A DNA stretch of 64,000 nt from a virus (lineage: Duplodnaviria > Caudoviricetes): positions 1-64,000 of IMG/VR virus record IMGVR_UViG_2839242338_000001. One strand, 5' to 3'. Below are positions 41,973 to 53,534 of this stretch, piece after piece. The position numbers and the translations under genes were made by a program. Numbering within the stretch: the first letter of the stretch is position 1; every line of letters starts with the position of its first letter. A model generated the notes under the pieces. It searched no databases, had not been told where the DNA came from, and worked only from the letters and a program-made list of their open reading frames with translations.

Positions 41973-44900
41973 CTATTTTAGGTTGGACTTGTCAACTACT
42001 ACATCAATCTGATTCCAGACATTGACAAATGATTGAACAGATACAGACAGATTCTTTTCCGAAATAACGCGCAGTAGCGTACCCTGATAATCCTGCTCAT
42101 AGCGGCCATTATTCAGAATTGCCTGAATGGTATGCAACTCGTTTTGAGTGGTATCCGTCAGCACTCCTAAATCCGTATGTGAATTGGCCTGGAGTGTCTG
42201 AAGCTCCGTTTTTAAGATGGTTTGCAGGGTGGTAAAATTCTGCTTCGTGTCTGTGCGGAGTAACGCTTGCTGGGTAGCATTGCTCAGTTGCATAGCAGCC
42301 ATATCTGTATGCACGGCTTTGGCTAAAGCCAGCAGACTCGCCATTACATGTTGGTCAAGCGTGGATAAATCGGCATGAACGCCCTCCTGAAGGGTTGTTA
42401 GATCATTATGCAACGTCATGCCGTGATTAGACAGGTCAATATGAATGCCATTTAGTAGGGCATCAAACCCTGCTTTCGATACATCCCGTAAGCCCGTAAT
42501 ATCTACGTTAAAGCTCTTGATTAATAGAAGCATATTCTGAGCAAACGTACTTCGCAGCAAGGCCAGCTCTTCACGCAAATCGCTACCCAGGTTGGGCAAC
42601 TCTATTTTCATAGTTCCCTGCAAAGCAATCAGGTCAGTATGAAGTTCATTGCTGAGCGTGCTAAACATGGAGGCCAATCCGGTTTGTTGGGTGGTTGTGC
42701 TGTTCTGGATTTGCTGTTGGAGTAGTTTCAGTGTATCGGCCACCAACTTAATGGCATCAACAGTGGCCAGGGTATTTTTGCCAATCGCTTCCATTAGGGC
42801 CGTGCTCTTATCGACTTCGGCCTGGTAGTCGCTGGTATCCGGTGAATCGGCGGCTGAATTGGCATCATCCATCCAGCTACCACCACCGCTTGACGCTGGG
42901 TCAGAAGATGAATCACTAACCGGCTCTGAGCCTGGCACTGGCTGGCTCGTTGCAGCACTACTACTGCCATTATATACGCTACTGGAATGGTCCTCCTGTG
43001 TATAGCCCCATCCTGAAACATAATTCCGCCCTGAGCCATCACCGGCGCTCCGTTCCTATGCAAGCTGGAGTGTAAGAGACTATCTACAACACCTTTATTA
43101 TTTCGGTAGGTGTTTCGGCTCAGAACCATCACCGGCTCGCCACCTTCCATCTCGGCTACTTCTTCGCCCGTATCGCGCCGGGTAATGGATAAGCCCGATT
43201 CACCGTACCGGCTCCCGTGTCGAGGGCCTTCGGGAACGCCCGCGTTTTTAATGGTACCACCCCTGGCCATTGAGGGTGGTTGCTGGGCTTTTATGGCCGC
43301 AATCTGAACACCAGCCGCAATAGCCGCACCCGCTGCACCAATCAGACCAAATGGCCAACCGAACATCGCCAGTGATTTCAGCGCGGCCTGGATACCATTG
43401 ATGATCGCCATGGCGATATCTAATTTTTGCTGCCGTTTAAACGCATCAAGCTGAGCTTGTTTGGTTTTAGTATCTGCCGTTTTATTGATTTGATCAACCC
43501 CCTTTTCATACTGATCTTTACTAATCAGTCCCTTGTCATATTTCTCCTTCCAGGCCGCGAGTTGGGTAGTTTTTTCCTTATTGATATTACCCAGCTCCTT
43601 ATTTAAGGCGGCTGTATTTAGAGTTTGCAGGGCTTGTATGCCCATAACAGCATACCCACCAACGTTATCAATTTTATCGATGTTGGCTTTTTGGGAATCG
43701 GTCAGTTGCTTTTTCTCTCCAGCGAGTTTTTTAGCCAGCAGATCGCTGAATGTGCTAAAATCGCCCTGCATCAACCCCTTTACCGCGCTAAAAAACTCTT
43801 CCTGGTTTTTCTTGCGAGCAGCGGTTTTTTCTTCACTCAGGGTGGTTTTATCGTTTTCGTACTTCAGATCATTGGCCGTGAGCTGAGCTTTTAACTTATC
43901 ATCTGTAGCCTTATCCGCCTGCGCGCGCCGGTCTTTATCCTGAATCAACTCCTGATTCTTAGCTTTCTCTTCGTCGGCTTCGCGCTGGAGCTTTTGTTTA
44001 TTGTATTGATACTCGGCATCGAGCCGGTCTTTTTTGGCTGCATAGATTTTATTGGCATTGTCCTGCGCCATTAGCAGGCGGGCATCTGTATCGGCCAGAG
44101 TAGCCTGATACTGGGCATCCTGGAGGGCTTTGGTTTCGGCCTGATTTTTACGACGATACTCCTGTTCAACCTTCTCTTTTCCCGCAACCAGGTTATCATT
44201 AATCTGTTTGAGCAGGACCGCTTTCTCGGTTTCATCCTTAATTTCTTTCTCAACTTCCGATCGGAGTTTGGCAGCAACATCGTCGAGTTTCTGAATCTTA
44301 TCGGCTTTCTCATCACCCGCAATCTTGATCTTCAGATCGAGCGTGCGTTTGGCAGCATCGGCTTCGTCTTTCTCTTTTTTAGCCCGGGCTTTCTCTTCGG
44401 CATCGGCAATGTCCCGGACCATTTTGGCGTTCAGGGCTGTTTCCCAAATCGCTTTGGTCTCGGCACTGGCCTTGCTGGCCATAGCTGCTTCTACTTCGGC
44501 ATCCCGTTTGGCCCGAATCTTGGCAATCTCCCGAGCCAGGTCATCTTTAATGGAATCAATGCGAGCCGTTTCAATCTGTTTCAGACCTTCATTATTGGCC
44601 TTTACAGCTTCGTCGGCTTCTTTTTTGGCGGCTTCAGCTGCTTTCTTGGCTTCCGACTCACGGAGTTTTTGAGCCGCTAATTCCTTTTTAGAAAGTCCCT
44701 GAGCATGCTCATTAACCTCAGACCCAGCGGCATCTTTTGCGCCTGCCGTACTGATTCCGGTTAGTTTGTTGACATGGGCGGCATGATCTGTTAGCTGACC
44801 CGATTGCCCTTTTTTGACTTCATCCTGATAGCCCTTATTGAACCCTTCCGCAATCTTTTTACCGCCATCTGAAATGATTTTAGCTGCTTCGGCAAAGTTG

Positions 44901-46627
44901 AGCGAGGTGATTGCCTGCCAGAACAAGACTAACTGGCCAGCGGCCACCTTCAAGGCGGAGAACAGACCGGCAATGCCCCCTCTTACGGTTGTGGAATGAT
45001 TGTACAGGGTGATAAATCCAGCTACCAGAAGAGCAACCGCACCAACAACAAGCCCAATTGGGTTAGCAGTCAGAGCCGCATTGAGTAACCATTGGGCGCC
45101 AGTGGCGGAATTGGTCCAAATTTGCCGGGCTTTTTCAGCGGCTGCATGGGCAATGCTGGCAGCGGTAGCGGCAATGAGATGCCCATTAAAAGCCAGCATG
45201 GCCACACCCAGGGCAATAAACGATTCCTTATTCTCACTCAGGAATTCGGGTACTGCCCGGATGGTATTAATAAAGGCGACAAAACTCTGGAGAACTTTAA
45301 CCAGCATGGGCTCCAAACCTGAACCCAATTCAGTTTTCAGTAACGACAGGGTTGCTGTTGCCTGTTTAGTCTGATAATCGAGGGTTTGTGTGTTTTTAGC
45401 CGCCTGGCTATAAGCTTCCTGAGTACCGGTGAGTTTAGTGGTTAACTCAGCAATTTCTTTGCGGTGCGATACGATGTGAGTGGCCGCTACTACGTTTTCA
45501 GCACCGAATAGCTTTGTCATTTCGGCCGTGCTCAGGTTTTGTTTACCTAAGTTGTCAAGTGCCTTGTCGAGTCCGACAATCTGGGGGTTTGTTTCATCGG
45601 CTCCGGCGGAGAGTTTCAAGAGCACATTTCGCAAACCGGTACCCGCCTGTTCGCCTTTGAGGGCAATGGTGGACATCGACTGGAGGACCGCGTTAGTCTG
45701 CTCAAAACTTAGCTTTGAGGAAGCGGCAACGGTACCGGATGCTTTCAGAGAGGATGTCATCTCACTGATTTCAGCCGCACCCTCTTTGGCTCCAGCGGCC
45801 ATGACATTGACGAACCGGTTGGCCTGATCGGCACCCTTTCCAAATTGATTAAGCGATTCGGCTACTGCTTTAGCCGCGGGCTCCAGTTCCATCTGGCTAG
45901 CCTGGCTCAGGATGATTGCTTCCTTAGTAATCTCGGCCAGGGCTTCTTTCTGGGCCAGCAATTCGGGCTTGGCCGAACCCATGATCTGGTAGGCTTTCAG
46001 CATTTCAGCAGCGGTCATGCCGAAAGCGGGCCCCGTATCTTTTGCCTGCTGTTTTAGGTAGTCGAGATCTTTGCCAACCAGACCTGTAATAGCCGACAAT
46101 TGCTGAGCAGCCGTCTGGTATTCCCGGAATTCTTTGATGCTATCAGCTACCCAGTTGATGACAGCCTTGCCAAACTCGATAACGGCTGTAATAGTGAAGG
46201 CTGCCGTTATCCAGTCCTTCATCTTAGACCAGGTCGATTGGGATTTATCTACTTCATCGCTAACTGCCCGAATGTTGGCTCGATGGTTGGCAATAGCGGT
46301 ATTTACCTCTTGAAGGTCAGCAGCTTTTTTCTGGTAGGCTTCGGTACCAGGTGTGAGTTTCTGAATTTCACTATTCAGCTGGCGATAGTAGCCCTGCAAC
46401 TGCTGGACGGTCATCCCCGACACGCCCATCTCTTCCCGCACAGCCTTAATGCTGGCTTCGAGTTCTTTTATAGCGGTCTTATTATCGACCCATTCCTGAG
46501 TGCCGCGCTCAACTGTCTTCTGGGCTTCCTTGACGTCGCTTAGCTTTTTTTCGAGTTCCCCCAGCTCATTGATGACGGGTTTACCATCAAATTTGAGCGT
46601 AAAAATGGCTTCTTCCTTGAGTTGCAT
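41973..46627 (-). CDS. Tape measure protein (TP901-type core), split by a frameshift near 43005
   Basis: Coiled coils; ANRFVNVMAAGA, GEQAGTGLRNVL; ARGG...GPRH...EMEGGE; shifted frame YTQEDHSSS...VPGSEPV joins 41973-42938. Confidence 0.9.
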
Positions 46628-46651
46628 AGTGCTGCTGGTAATTACCAGCAG

Positions 46652-46686
46652 CGAAGGAATAGCCTGTATTGAGGAGTAGGTAGGAC
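46652..46686 (-). promoter_or_regulatory. Late-promoter motif copy 1 (GTCCTACC-N19-TTCCTTCG)
   Basis: Same 8-mer and spacing as at 58533-58567 and 60915-60949. Confidence 0.65.
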
Positions 46687-46898
46687 AAGAAAAGTATCAA
46701 TATGACAGAATTGATGAAAGTATGATTCTATCATGTATTAGTGTAAATGTCTTGATATTGTATAAAAATGTCTCTAGTATATGTATATGTCATAGGTAAA
46801 ATCAGTGGTATATAATATGGGTTTTTTCCCGTATTATATACCGGATAGTTTTTTTTATTTGCAATAGATATTGATAATTATATAAGTCACTTATTCAC

Positions 46899-48202
46899 AT
46901 GGATTTAGAATTAAAAAATTTAGGACAAACTCTTGCTATTGGTGCTTTTTTTTAATTAGCATTCGCTCATATTTTTATAATTTCGAGACTTTTTTTTCAA
47001 TAAAGCTTGGAACATTAACATTCCTGGAGCGTATGAATAGGTACTCTGCAAGAGTTTTCTTGGTTTCTCCTGGTTCAGAGCCTGGAAAATTCTTAATAGG
47101 TGCTGCTTATTTTGCTATTGTACTTTCGATTGGCATGTTACTGGAAGATTATTCGAAAAATGTTGTTTCAAAACGACTAGAAAAAACAGTTCAGTTTATT
47201 TTAGAAAAAATACCAATAATTCCTGATTTTAACGAAATACTTCCTGCTGATGATGATATTAGGATAAATAATTTTCTGAAAATAAAGCGTGAAGGTGATG
47301 GCCTTTCCAGCTTCATCGAAAATATAAATTTAGATAAATCAAATTTCTATAATTCTTTTATACTGGGAAATATATTTGGCAAAAAATGGGAAAAATATAA
47401 ACTTCAGCCTACAATTGAAAAAACCATAGTTGTTATTTCGACAATACAAAAAAATAAAAATAGCATGAACTACAAAAAAGCAAAAGATTATTTTGAGCAT
47501 AATAGAACAGATAGCGCGTATTATTTTAATCAATATGATAGTTTGAAAAATGTGGTAAATACAATCTACTATGGAGCAAAAAATTATGTGTTTCAAACAG
47601 ATAATTACTTTCAAGAATTAAGTTCGATATCTATTAGGATGAATTTTTCAAGAGCAGTTACTTTTCAATTTTATATGATGTTTGTGTTAAGTTATATAAC
47701 TTGGATGATTCAACTTTTTGCTTTTGGTATTAAATATGCGTACAATTCATTTTATTTAAAATCAGCCATAAGTTATGATTATCTAGGGAAAGCAATTTTA
47801 AAATCTATAGTCTTAATAGTCATTTTTTATGCAATAATGGCTTTAAGTACTAAGGCATACGTTTCAGAACAGACTAATTTTTTATTGAGGACGTATGGCT
47901 ATTATATTACATTGACATCTGATAATCATCAATCTGAATCTACAATAGATACAAAATCGACTAAATTTGTGCAGCCTGATAGCTTAAATAAGGATAAAGA
48001 AAAATCTAATATTTTAAAACCTAAAGATTTAAATAACGATAAAGAAAACCATAAGAATTCAAGATTTAAAGATTCAAATAAGAATGATCAATCCCATAAA
48101 TCTACTCAAACTAAACATTCAGATAAAACTGACAAATCTAATGGCAGTCGCATTAAAAATACCAATCGTGTAAAATCTGATAAGTCTAATAAGCACTCTT
48201 AA
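46899..48202 (+). CDS. Low-GC membrane protein (moron); probable start 46899 with a frameshift in T8
   Basis: MDLELKNLGQTLAIGAFF upstream of the listed ORF; three TM segments; K/D/N/S-rich tail; opposite strand to the tail genes. Confidence 0.6.
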
Positions 48203-48749
48203 AATACTCCTTCATTCCCCTCAAAATAGGCTCAGGCATTGACTCTAGTAGCTTATAACTGGTTTCATAAATCAACTTGCCCCGAACGGGATTATAAAAC
48301 GCATTCTTCGCACTCCCTCGCCTGGCTCCCAGGCGTAGCCGATTAACAGCAATGCCCCAGGCAATCCGGTTGACCGCTCGGCTGTCGGTAATTGTGACTC
48401 TTCGCTTGGCATCTTTTATATAGCCAGGTATGTAGCCAAACTTATCCAGACCTACTTCCCGTACAAACTGTTCCAGTATGTCAATGGGTGGCATTTTGTT
48501 ATACAACAGTTGTCGCATATCCTTAAAACGGCCATACCCCGCAAAGCCAATGCTAAACTCGGCATACATGTCCCGACCCACAACGACGGCCTGGTGGCGG
48601 AGCGAGTCGAGCAGTTCACCGGTCAATACATAATCTGCCTGACGCAGTTTGGCCTGCATCACCAGTAGGGCTTCCGCAACGACACCACCCACCACATCGG
48701 TAGCGATCCGTTCAAATTGTTCCTGAGTTAGTTGAACACTGTTCGCCAT
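48186..48749 (-). CDS. Phage neck/tail-completion-like protein
   Basis: TGELLDSL...YGRFKDM pattern; position in the tail operon. Confidence 0.55.
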   Translation of the reverse strand: MANSVQLTQEQFERIATDVVGGVVAEALLVMQAKLRQADYVLTGELLDSLRHQAVVVGRDMYAEFSIGFAGYGRFKDMRQLLYNKMPPIDILEQFVREVGLDKFGYIPGYIKDAKRRVTITDSRAVNRIAWGIAVNRLRLGARRGSAKNAFYNPVRGKLIYETSYKLLESMPEPILRGMKEYFKSAY

Positions 48750-50432
48750 TATAGATCGGTGAGTTGAACGTAAATCTTATCTCCACTCACGAGCGTTATA
48801 TAACCCGTCGAGCCATCGGCTAGTAAGGTAAAAAGGGCATGATACTGGTAGCCATCTTGGTTATAGACCGTGATGTTCTCACGAAAGAGAACTCCATTTT
48901 TATAGACACGTAAGCGAGCTGACGCACCCGGTGTACCATAAGTGAATATACGCCACTGATACCCACTAAAACTCGTGGTCGGGAAATCCAGATCATTGCT
49001 GCCGGTGGCATAAATGAAACTACCACCACGGCCTTGCATCGTCCAGGCATTACCCATATAAGGCGCATCGGCTGTTTCAATGCTAATACGCGCGGGTACA
49101 TTGCTCCGATAGTGCCACCGGTCAGCGGGTACGGCATAACTATAACCAGCCGGATTCGCCAGGCAGGAACCATACTGGTTCGCATATGCCTGGGTGTCCA
49201 TCACAAGAAGTGCATGATCGATCAGGCTTTGAAGCTGATCGGCGGTTTCGCCACCGAAGGTACCGGCAGGGATGCTGAGCGTGGCCACCGTGGGTTCCAT
49301 GCCATCCCCACAGTTGTTGCGTTTATAGGTACTGGGCTTTTCGATGAGTGTATTCACAAACGGCGTTGTGGCACAGGCTCCTGATAAGGTAGGTGCCGTG
49401 TAGCCTTCGGTACCTGGAGCATTTGCTTTACTACGACGTGGTTTGACTAAACTCGAATCATCCTGATAGCGTAGCTCCAGCGTGGCCGCTCCCAGATAGC
49501 CGGTACGCAGGCCATTCTCATTAATCAGACAAAACGTATTAGCGGGTACCCACATGGTGGGCCGGGCCGCTGCCGTGGGTGCGGTTGGCAAGGCACTGTA
49601 GCCGATTTCGTTTTTGGCAAACTGAAATGAGAAGGTTCGCCCGGCCAGGTCTTCATCGTCGGTGCGTAAGGCCAATGCTGTTTCGCTGGGAACCAATGCG
49701 ACAAAGCCTTCCTGACAGACTAGGTAGATTTCTTCACTAATGGCCAGCTCCGTCAGGTAATCCAATGCGTCGCCATCCAGTAGTCCGGTGTTCACGGTCA
49801 ATACCTTCTCACCCCGTCGATCTCGGCTAAACAACTCTGCGGATGTGGGTAGGTAGTCAGGAGCCAGCGCCCGTTGGGCAGCCGTACCCTTAACCGTTAT
49901 GGCTCGACCTGTTTGGCCCGTACACCGTAGCGTATCGTAGCCCCCCAGCGAATTGGCAAACAGCAAAAACAGGGTATTCGGCTCATATTCCCGATTTACA
50001 TTGTACGTTCGGACTTCGCTGAGCCGTTGAGCCGATTCGTTGCTTAGCCAAACTTGGTATGACAAAACTTGCTTACCCGTTGCCGTTTCGCGCGCAGGTA
50101 GACCGAGGGCTGTAAAGCCAACCGGGATGCTATACACCGAGTACTGCGATACGGCCGTAATTTTTTGCGGGGTCAAGGTCTCCACTGTCCCATCAGAATA
50201 GGCCAAATCAACGCGTAACCACAGTTCAGAGGGCTTTGGGGCGAAATTGACCAGGTAGTATAAAAATTCTGGCTGTGCGGTTTCGACCCATTTTTCAGTT
50301 GGTTGCCAGGTCAAAAACTGCCGGGAATCAGCTAAATACTTCGTAAAGAAGTGATCCCGCCAACCCGCAAATTCATCGACCGCTAAGGCTCCCTTCAGGG
50401 CGTATTCGAGGGGTAGCGTTTTGTTGGTACTA

Positions 50433-51621
50433 GTGTTTTAACTCTCAATCGTTGACGGGTAAAGCCGTTTTAGTTTAATTCGGGCATCCTCCGCTGTAAA
50501 CTGCCAGTCTACTTTGGCCAATTTATCATTTCGTTGGCTTACCCAAGCCTGTACTTGCTGATCGAACTCGGCCTGGCTGGCTACCCGATGCGTTAAGCCT
50601 TGGCGGGTTAGGATGCTTAATTCAATTTCAGCTACGTTCAGCCAGGAGCCATGCTTAGGTGTATAGACAAAGTCAATCTTTTGCAGGATAGTGCGCGCCC
50701 GTTTTGGCTCAAATACCTCATACAAGGCTGCTTTTCGGTGAGCCGATAAGTTGTCCTGTACCAAGGTGATCCGGTCCGCATCCGTATACCATTCTTCCAC
50801 AATACGGCCCACTACCTTCGCCCATTCGATGCTGTTATGACTCTGGGTGACCACCACCTGCCGCTGCCCAGCCAAGGGCTGAGCGACCATAAAGATCTCC
50901 ACGACACCCTCTCGTTTGTACTCATAATCAACATGGTCAACGCCGTTTTTATCTGTGAAACCCAGATGGGTCTCGCTAACTAATTGCCGACGGGCTTCGT
51001 CCAGGCATACAATTGGCCGTTTCTGGTCAAATGGACGCTGGTATACATCCAGTACCTCTTCCATCTGGCAGACAAATTCGGCAGAGGCTTCGGGGATTAC
51101 CCACGACTTGACCCGCCAGGGCTTAAGCTTGTTTTTTTCAGCATCTTGCGCACCGTCTCTCGACCAATTGTTTCGACATAGTTCAATTCGATCATTTTCT
51201 GGGCTAATAAACGTACTGTCCAGTGTGCATATCCAGCCGGTGGATTACTACACCGTAGCGCAATCAGATGAGCCTCTACTCCGCCATCAAAAACGACATC
51301 TTTATACTTTTCGCGCTTTTTACCATTGAGGGCAAACTCGAAACCATCTTCTACAAAGCGCTCCCGTAGGCGTTCAATGCTACGAATACTAACCTGATAG
51401 GTGCTTTTAATGTGTTGATCTTTCAGCCAGTCAGGTTGGTTCTCATCGGCAGCCAACAAGACATAAGCTCGTTTAACGGCCTGACTCTTGGCATTGCGTT
51501 TGGCAATGATAGCCTGTAAGTGCTGGCGTTCTTGATCGGTCAAGGTGACATGGTACTTTTTCATAGAGGGCGTACAAGGTTTACCTCAAAAATACCCGTC
51601 AGACACAAAAAGTCAAAACAC
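50433..51621 (-). mobile_element. IS630-family insertion sequence
   Basis: TA duplication at 50431-32 and 51622-23; terminal IR GTGTTTTAACT / GTGTTTTGACT. Confidence 0.95.
50438..51564 (-). CDS. IS630 transposase, orfA/orfB joined by a -1 frameshift
   Basis: HTH orfA; A7C site at 51131-51138 gives KKNKLKPW...; DDE motifs CLDE, QDNL, WLNVAE. Confidence 0.95.
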
Positions 51622-51999
51622 TAGGTACTAAAACACCGGCATTTTCAACCCAAACCTGAACCAGATAGGGCGTAATCTGGTCGCTACAGCTCACGATTTT
51701 GGCTTGGTCAGGCCTAGGGGCATTCCGAAACAGAAAATCATCGAGGAATACCGACACATCGAATTGCGCTCCGGGGTAGATATCCGCCCCTAATTCGGTG
51801 CGTTTGGGCAGTTCCCGGCCTGGCAGGGTAATCAATTCAGTATACTCGCCAGAGCCGGGCGACTTCGGCTTTTTCAAACACAGGTAATAAATCAGATCGG
51901 CCCGCGCGGTGATGCTATCCGAAACCGCATCGATGGTGTAAGCCACGGCATTGCGCGATAAACGCAGGGATAAAAACGAAAGTAGTGTTAGTGCGTCCA

Positions 52000-52491
52000 T
52001 TAGGCAGGAAAGAGTAAATGAGTAGCGGGTACGGTCACGTCCAGATCAACGTAATGGCCTTCCAGGTTCACGTTGGCCAGCATGCCAATGGGAAAAATGC
52101 GGTCTACCGGCTCAATAACCAGATCATACATATCGCTCTGGTCTTCGACAGACTGAATGGCAGCATCAGCAGCCAGATCAAGGCGACCTAACAGGTCCAT
52201 GATGAGCTTTAGCGTCAGGTTTCTGGCTTCGAGACCAGCGCGCGCACTCACATTGGCGGGTTTGGTCGCAATGGTGAGCGAACATTGAAACGTGATCAGG
52301 TCGTTTTTTCGCATCGCTTCGGCCACCTGCAGGAAAGCGGTGGTACCCTGATAGTCGTTGGTATAATACCCTGATATTTCATCGACGGCTTTTTCGCCAT
52401 TACTAAGGGGTAGATAATAGTCAATGCCTGGCATGGCTTCGACCACCGAACGGATGAAATCATCCAGGCTCAACAGATCAGTAATTTTCAT
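52000..52491 (-). CDS. Phage protein (tail terminator-like)
   Basis: Start MKITDLL overlaps the upstream stop; position in the tail operon. Confidence 0.55.
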   Translation of the reverse strand: MKITDLLSLDDFIRSVVEAMPGIDYYLPLSNGEKAVDEISGYYTNDYQGTTAFLQVAEAMRKNDLITFQCSLTIATKPANVSARAGLEARNLTLKLIMDLLGRLDLAADAAIQSVEDQSDMYDLVIEPVDRIFPIGMLANVNLEGHYVDLDVTVPATHLLFPA

Positions 52492-53329
52492 TCGGGGTAG
52501 GGGTTTTATCGGTGCGCTCCTGCTGGTCCAGCAGATCATCGAGTAGGGTGGCAAACAATAAGTGAGCAGGAGTTTTGCAGACTTTATCAAAATCCCCGAA
52601 ATGGCCTTCTTTGGCTACATTTTTCAATAGCATGATCCAGCCACGGCCATCGCCATAACGCGGTTCCCGGCTCCCTCCAAACAATTCGCCATACTGTTCC
52701 AGAAACTCATGATTCGTTCGTTCGAAGTAATCCAGGATAATTAGCTTGGTTTGGATATCCAGCGTGGCCAGGGCTTTAGCCCGCTCAGCCATGCGCTGCT
52801 CGTTGAATTCTTCGCGCACGTCACCATTCCAGTCGAGCGATTTTTGGAACTTCCGCCAGTCGGTGCGACGTGGACGGCACAGGATGGCAATCAGCCGGTC
52901 GAGTGCTTCCGGCGTGGGTTCGTCGGGGTGGGCGAATTCAACAAAGGCCATATTCGCAAAAGCGATATCGACGGCGGTCGAGTCTGTGAAATTTGCTGCC
53001 GGCAGATGGTAATTTACGCCCTGGTGTACGAACGTATCAAGGGGTGGTTTGCCTTCGGGTTTACTGGTAAACAGCCAGGCACATTGCTGGCGAAGTTGGC
53101 CCCACTGCCAGGGGGTTAATACTAGATTTTTCCACACTTTGGGGCTCATACCCAGCCACACCCGGCAGGCCGCGGCTTCGTTTTCGATGGTTTCAAATGA
53201 CCCCGCTCCGGCGCTCCGGTTTGATTCCAACCGTGGGCACATGATCAACTGCTTATACTGTTCAGGGGTTAGCTCTGCCCAGGATTCAGCGACCTGGTAG
53301 GTTTTTGTGCCAAATTCAATTGTTTTCAT
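52478..53329 (-). CDS. Conserved phage protein
   Basis: ESWAELT..QY and LIAILCRP motifs; operon position. Confidence 0.65.
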   Translation of the reverse strand: MKTIEFGTKTYQVAESWAELTPEQYKQLIMCPRLESNRSAGAGSFETIENEAAACRVWLGMSPKVWKNLVLTPWQWGQLRQQCAWLFTSKPEGKPPLDTFVHQGVNYHLPAANFTDSTAVDIAFANMAFVEFAHPDEPTPEALDRLIAILCRPRRTDWRKFQKSLDWNGDVREEFNEQRMAERAKALATLDIQTKLIILDYFERTNHEFLEQYGELFGGSREPRYGDGRGWIMLLKNVAKEGHFGDFDKVCKTPAHLLFATLLDDLLDQQERTDKTPTPNENY

Positions 53330-53534
53330 TGTTACGGCTCTCTCCTGAGCGGGTTTTGTCCAGTCCTAATTCTTTCCGCATTTCATCCCGGTTTTCAAGC
53401 CTATGCACCCGACGATCGACGTCGTCAATCTTCTCCAGCTTTTTTTGGATATACTGCCAGAAAAAAGCGACCAGGCCGAACGAAACAGCCTGGCCACCCA
53501 GTGTAGTAATAATGTTTGTGAGCGTCTGCGACAT
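53316..53534 (-). CDS. Small single-TM protein (holin/antiholin candidate)
   Basis: One TM segment then a charged tail; in the lysis cassette. Confidence 0.5.
   Translation of the reverse strand: MSQTLTNIITTLGGQAVSFGLVAFFWQYIQKKLEKIDDVDRRVHRLENRDEMRKELGLDKTRSGESRNNENN

Larger units (their letters stand above)
48749..52000 (-). pseudogene. Phage tail structural gene (686 aa when restored) interrupted by IS630
   Basis: Removing 50433-51623 gives 2061 bp in one frame, ...GVLVPS|TNKTLPLEYALKGAL...QFLTWQP; FANSLGGYDT motif. Confidence 0.85.

Noticed and set aside
43110-46543. Many + strand ORFs opposite the tape measure gene (also opposite the fibre, portal and terL genes)
   Set aside because: Antisense shadows of Ala/Lys/Glu- or Gly/Asn-rich genes with no recognisable motifs
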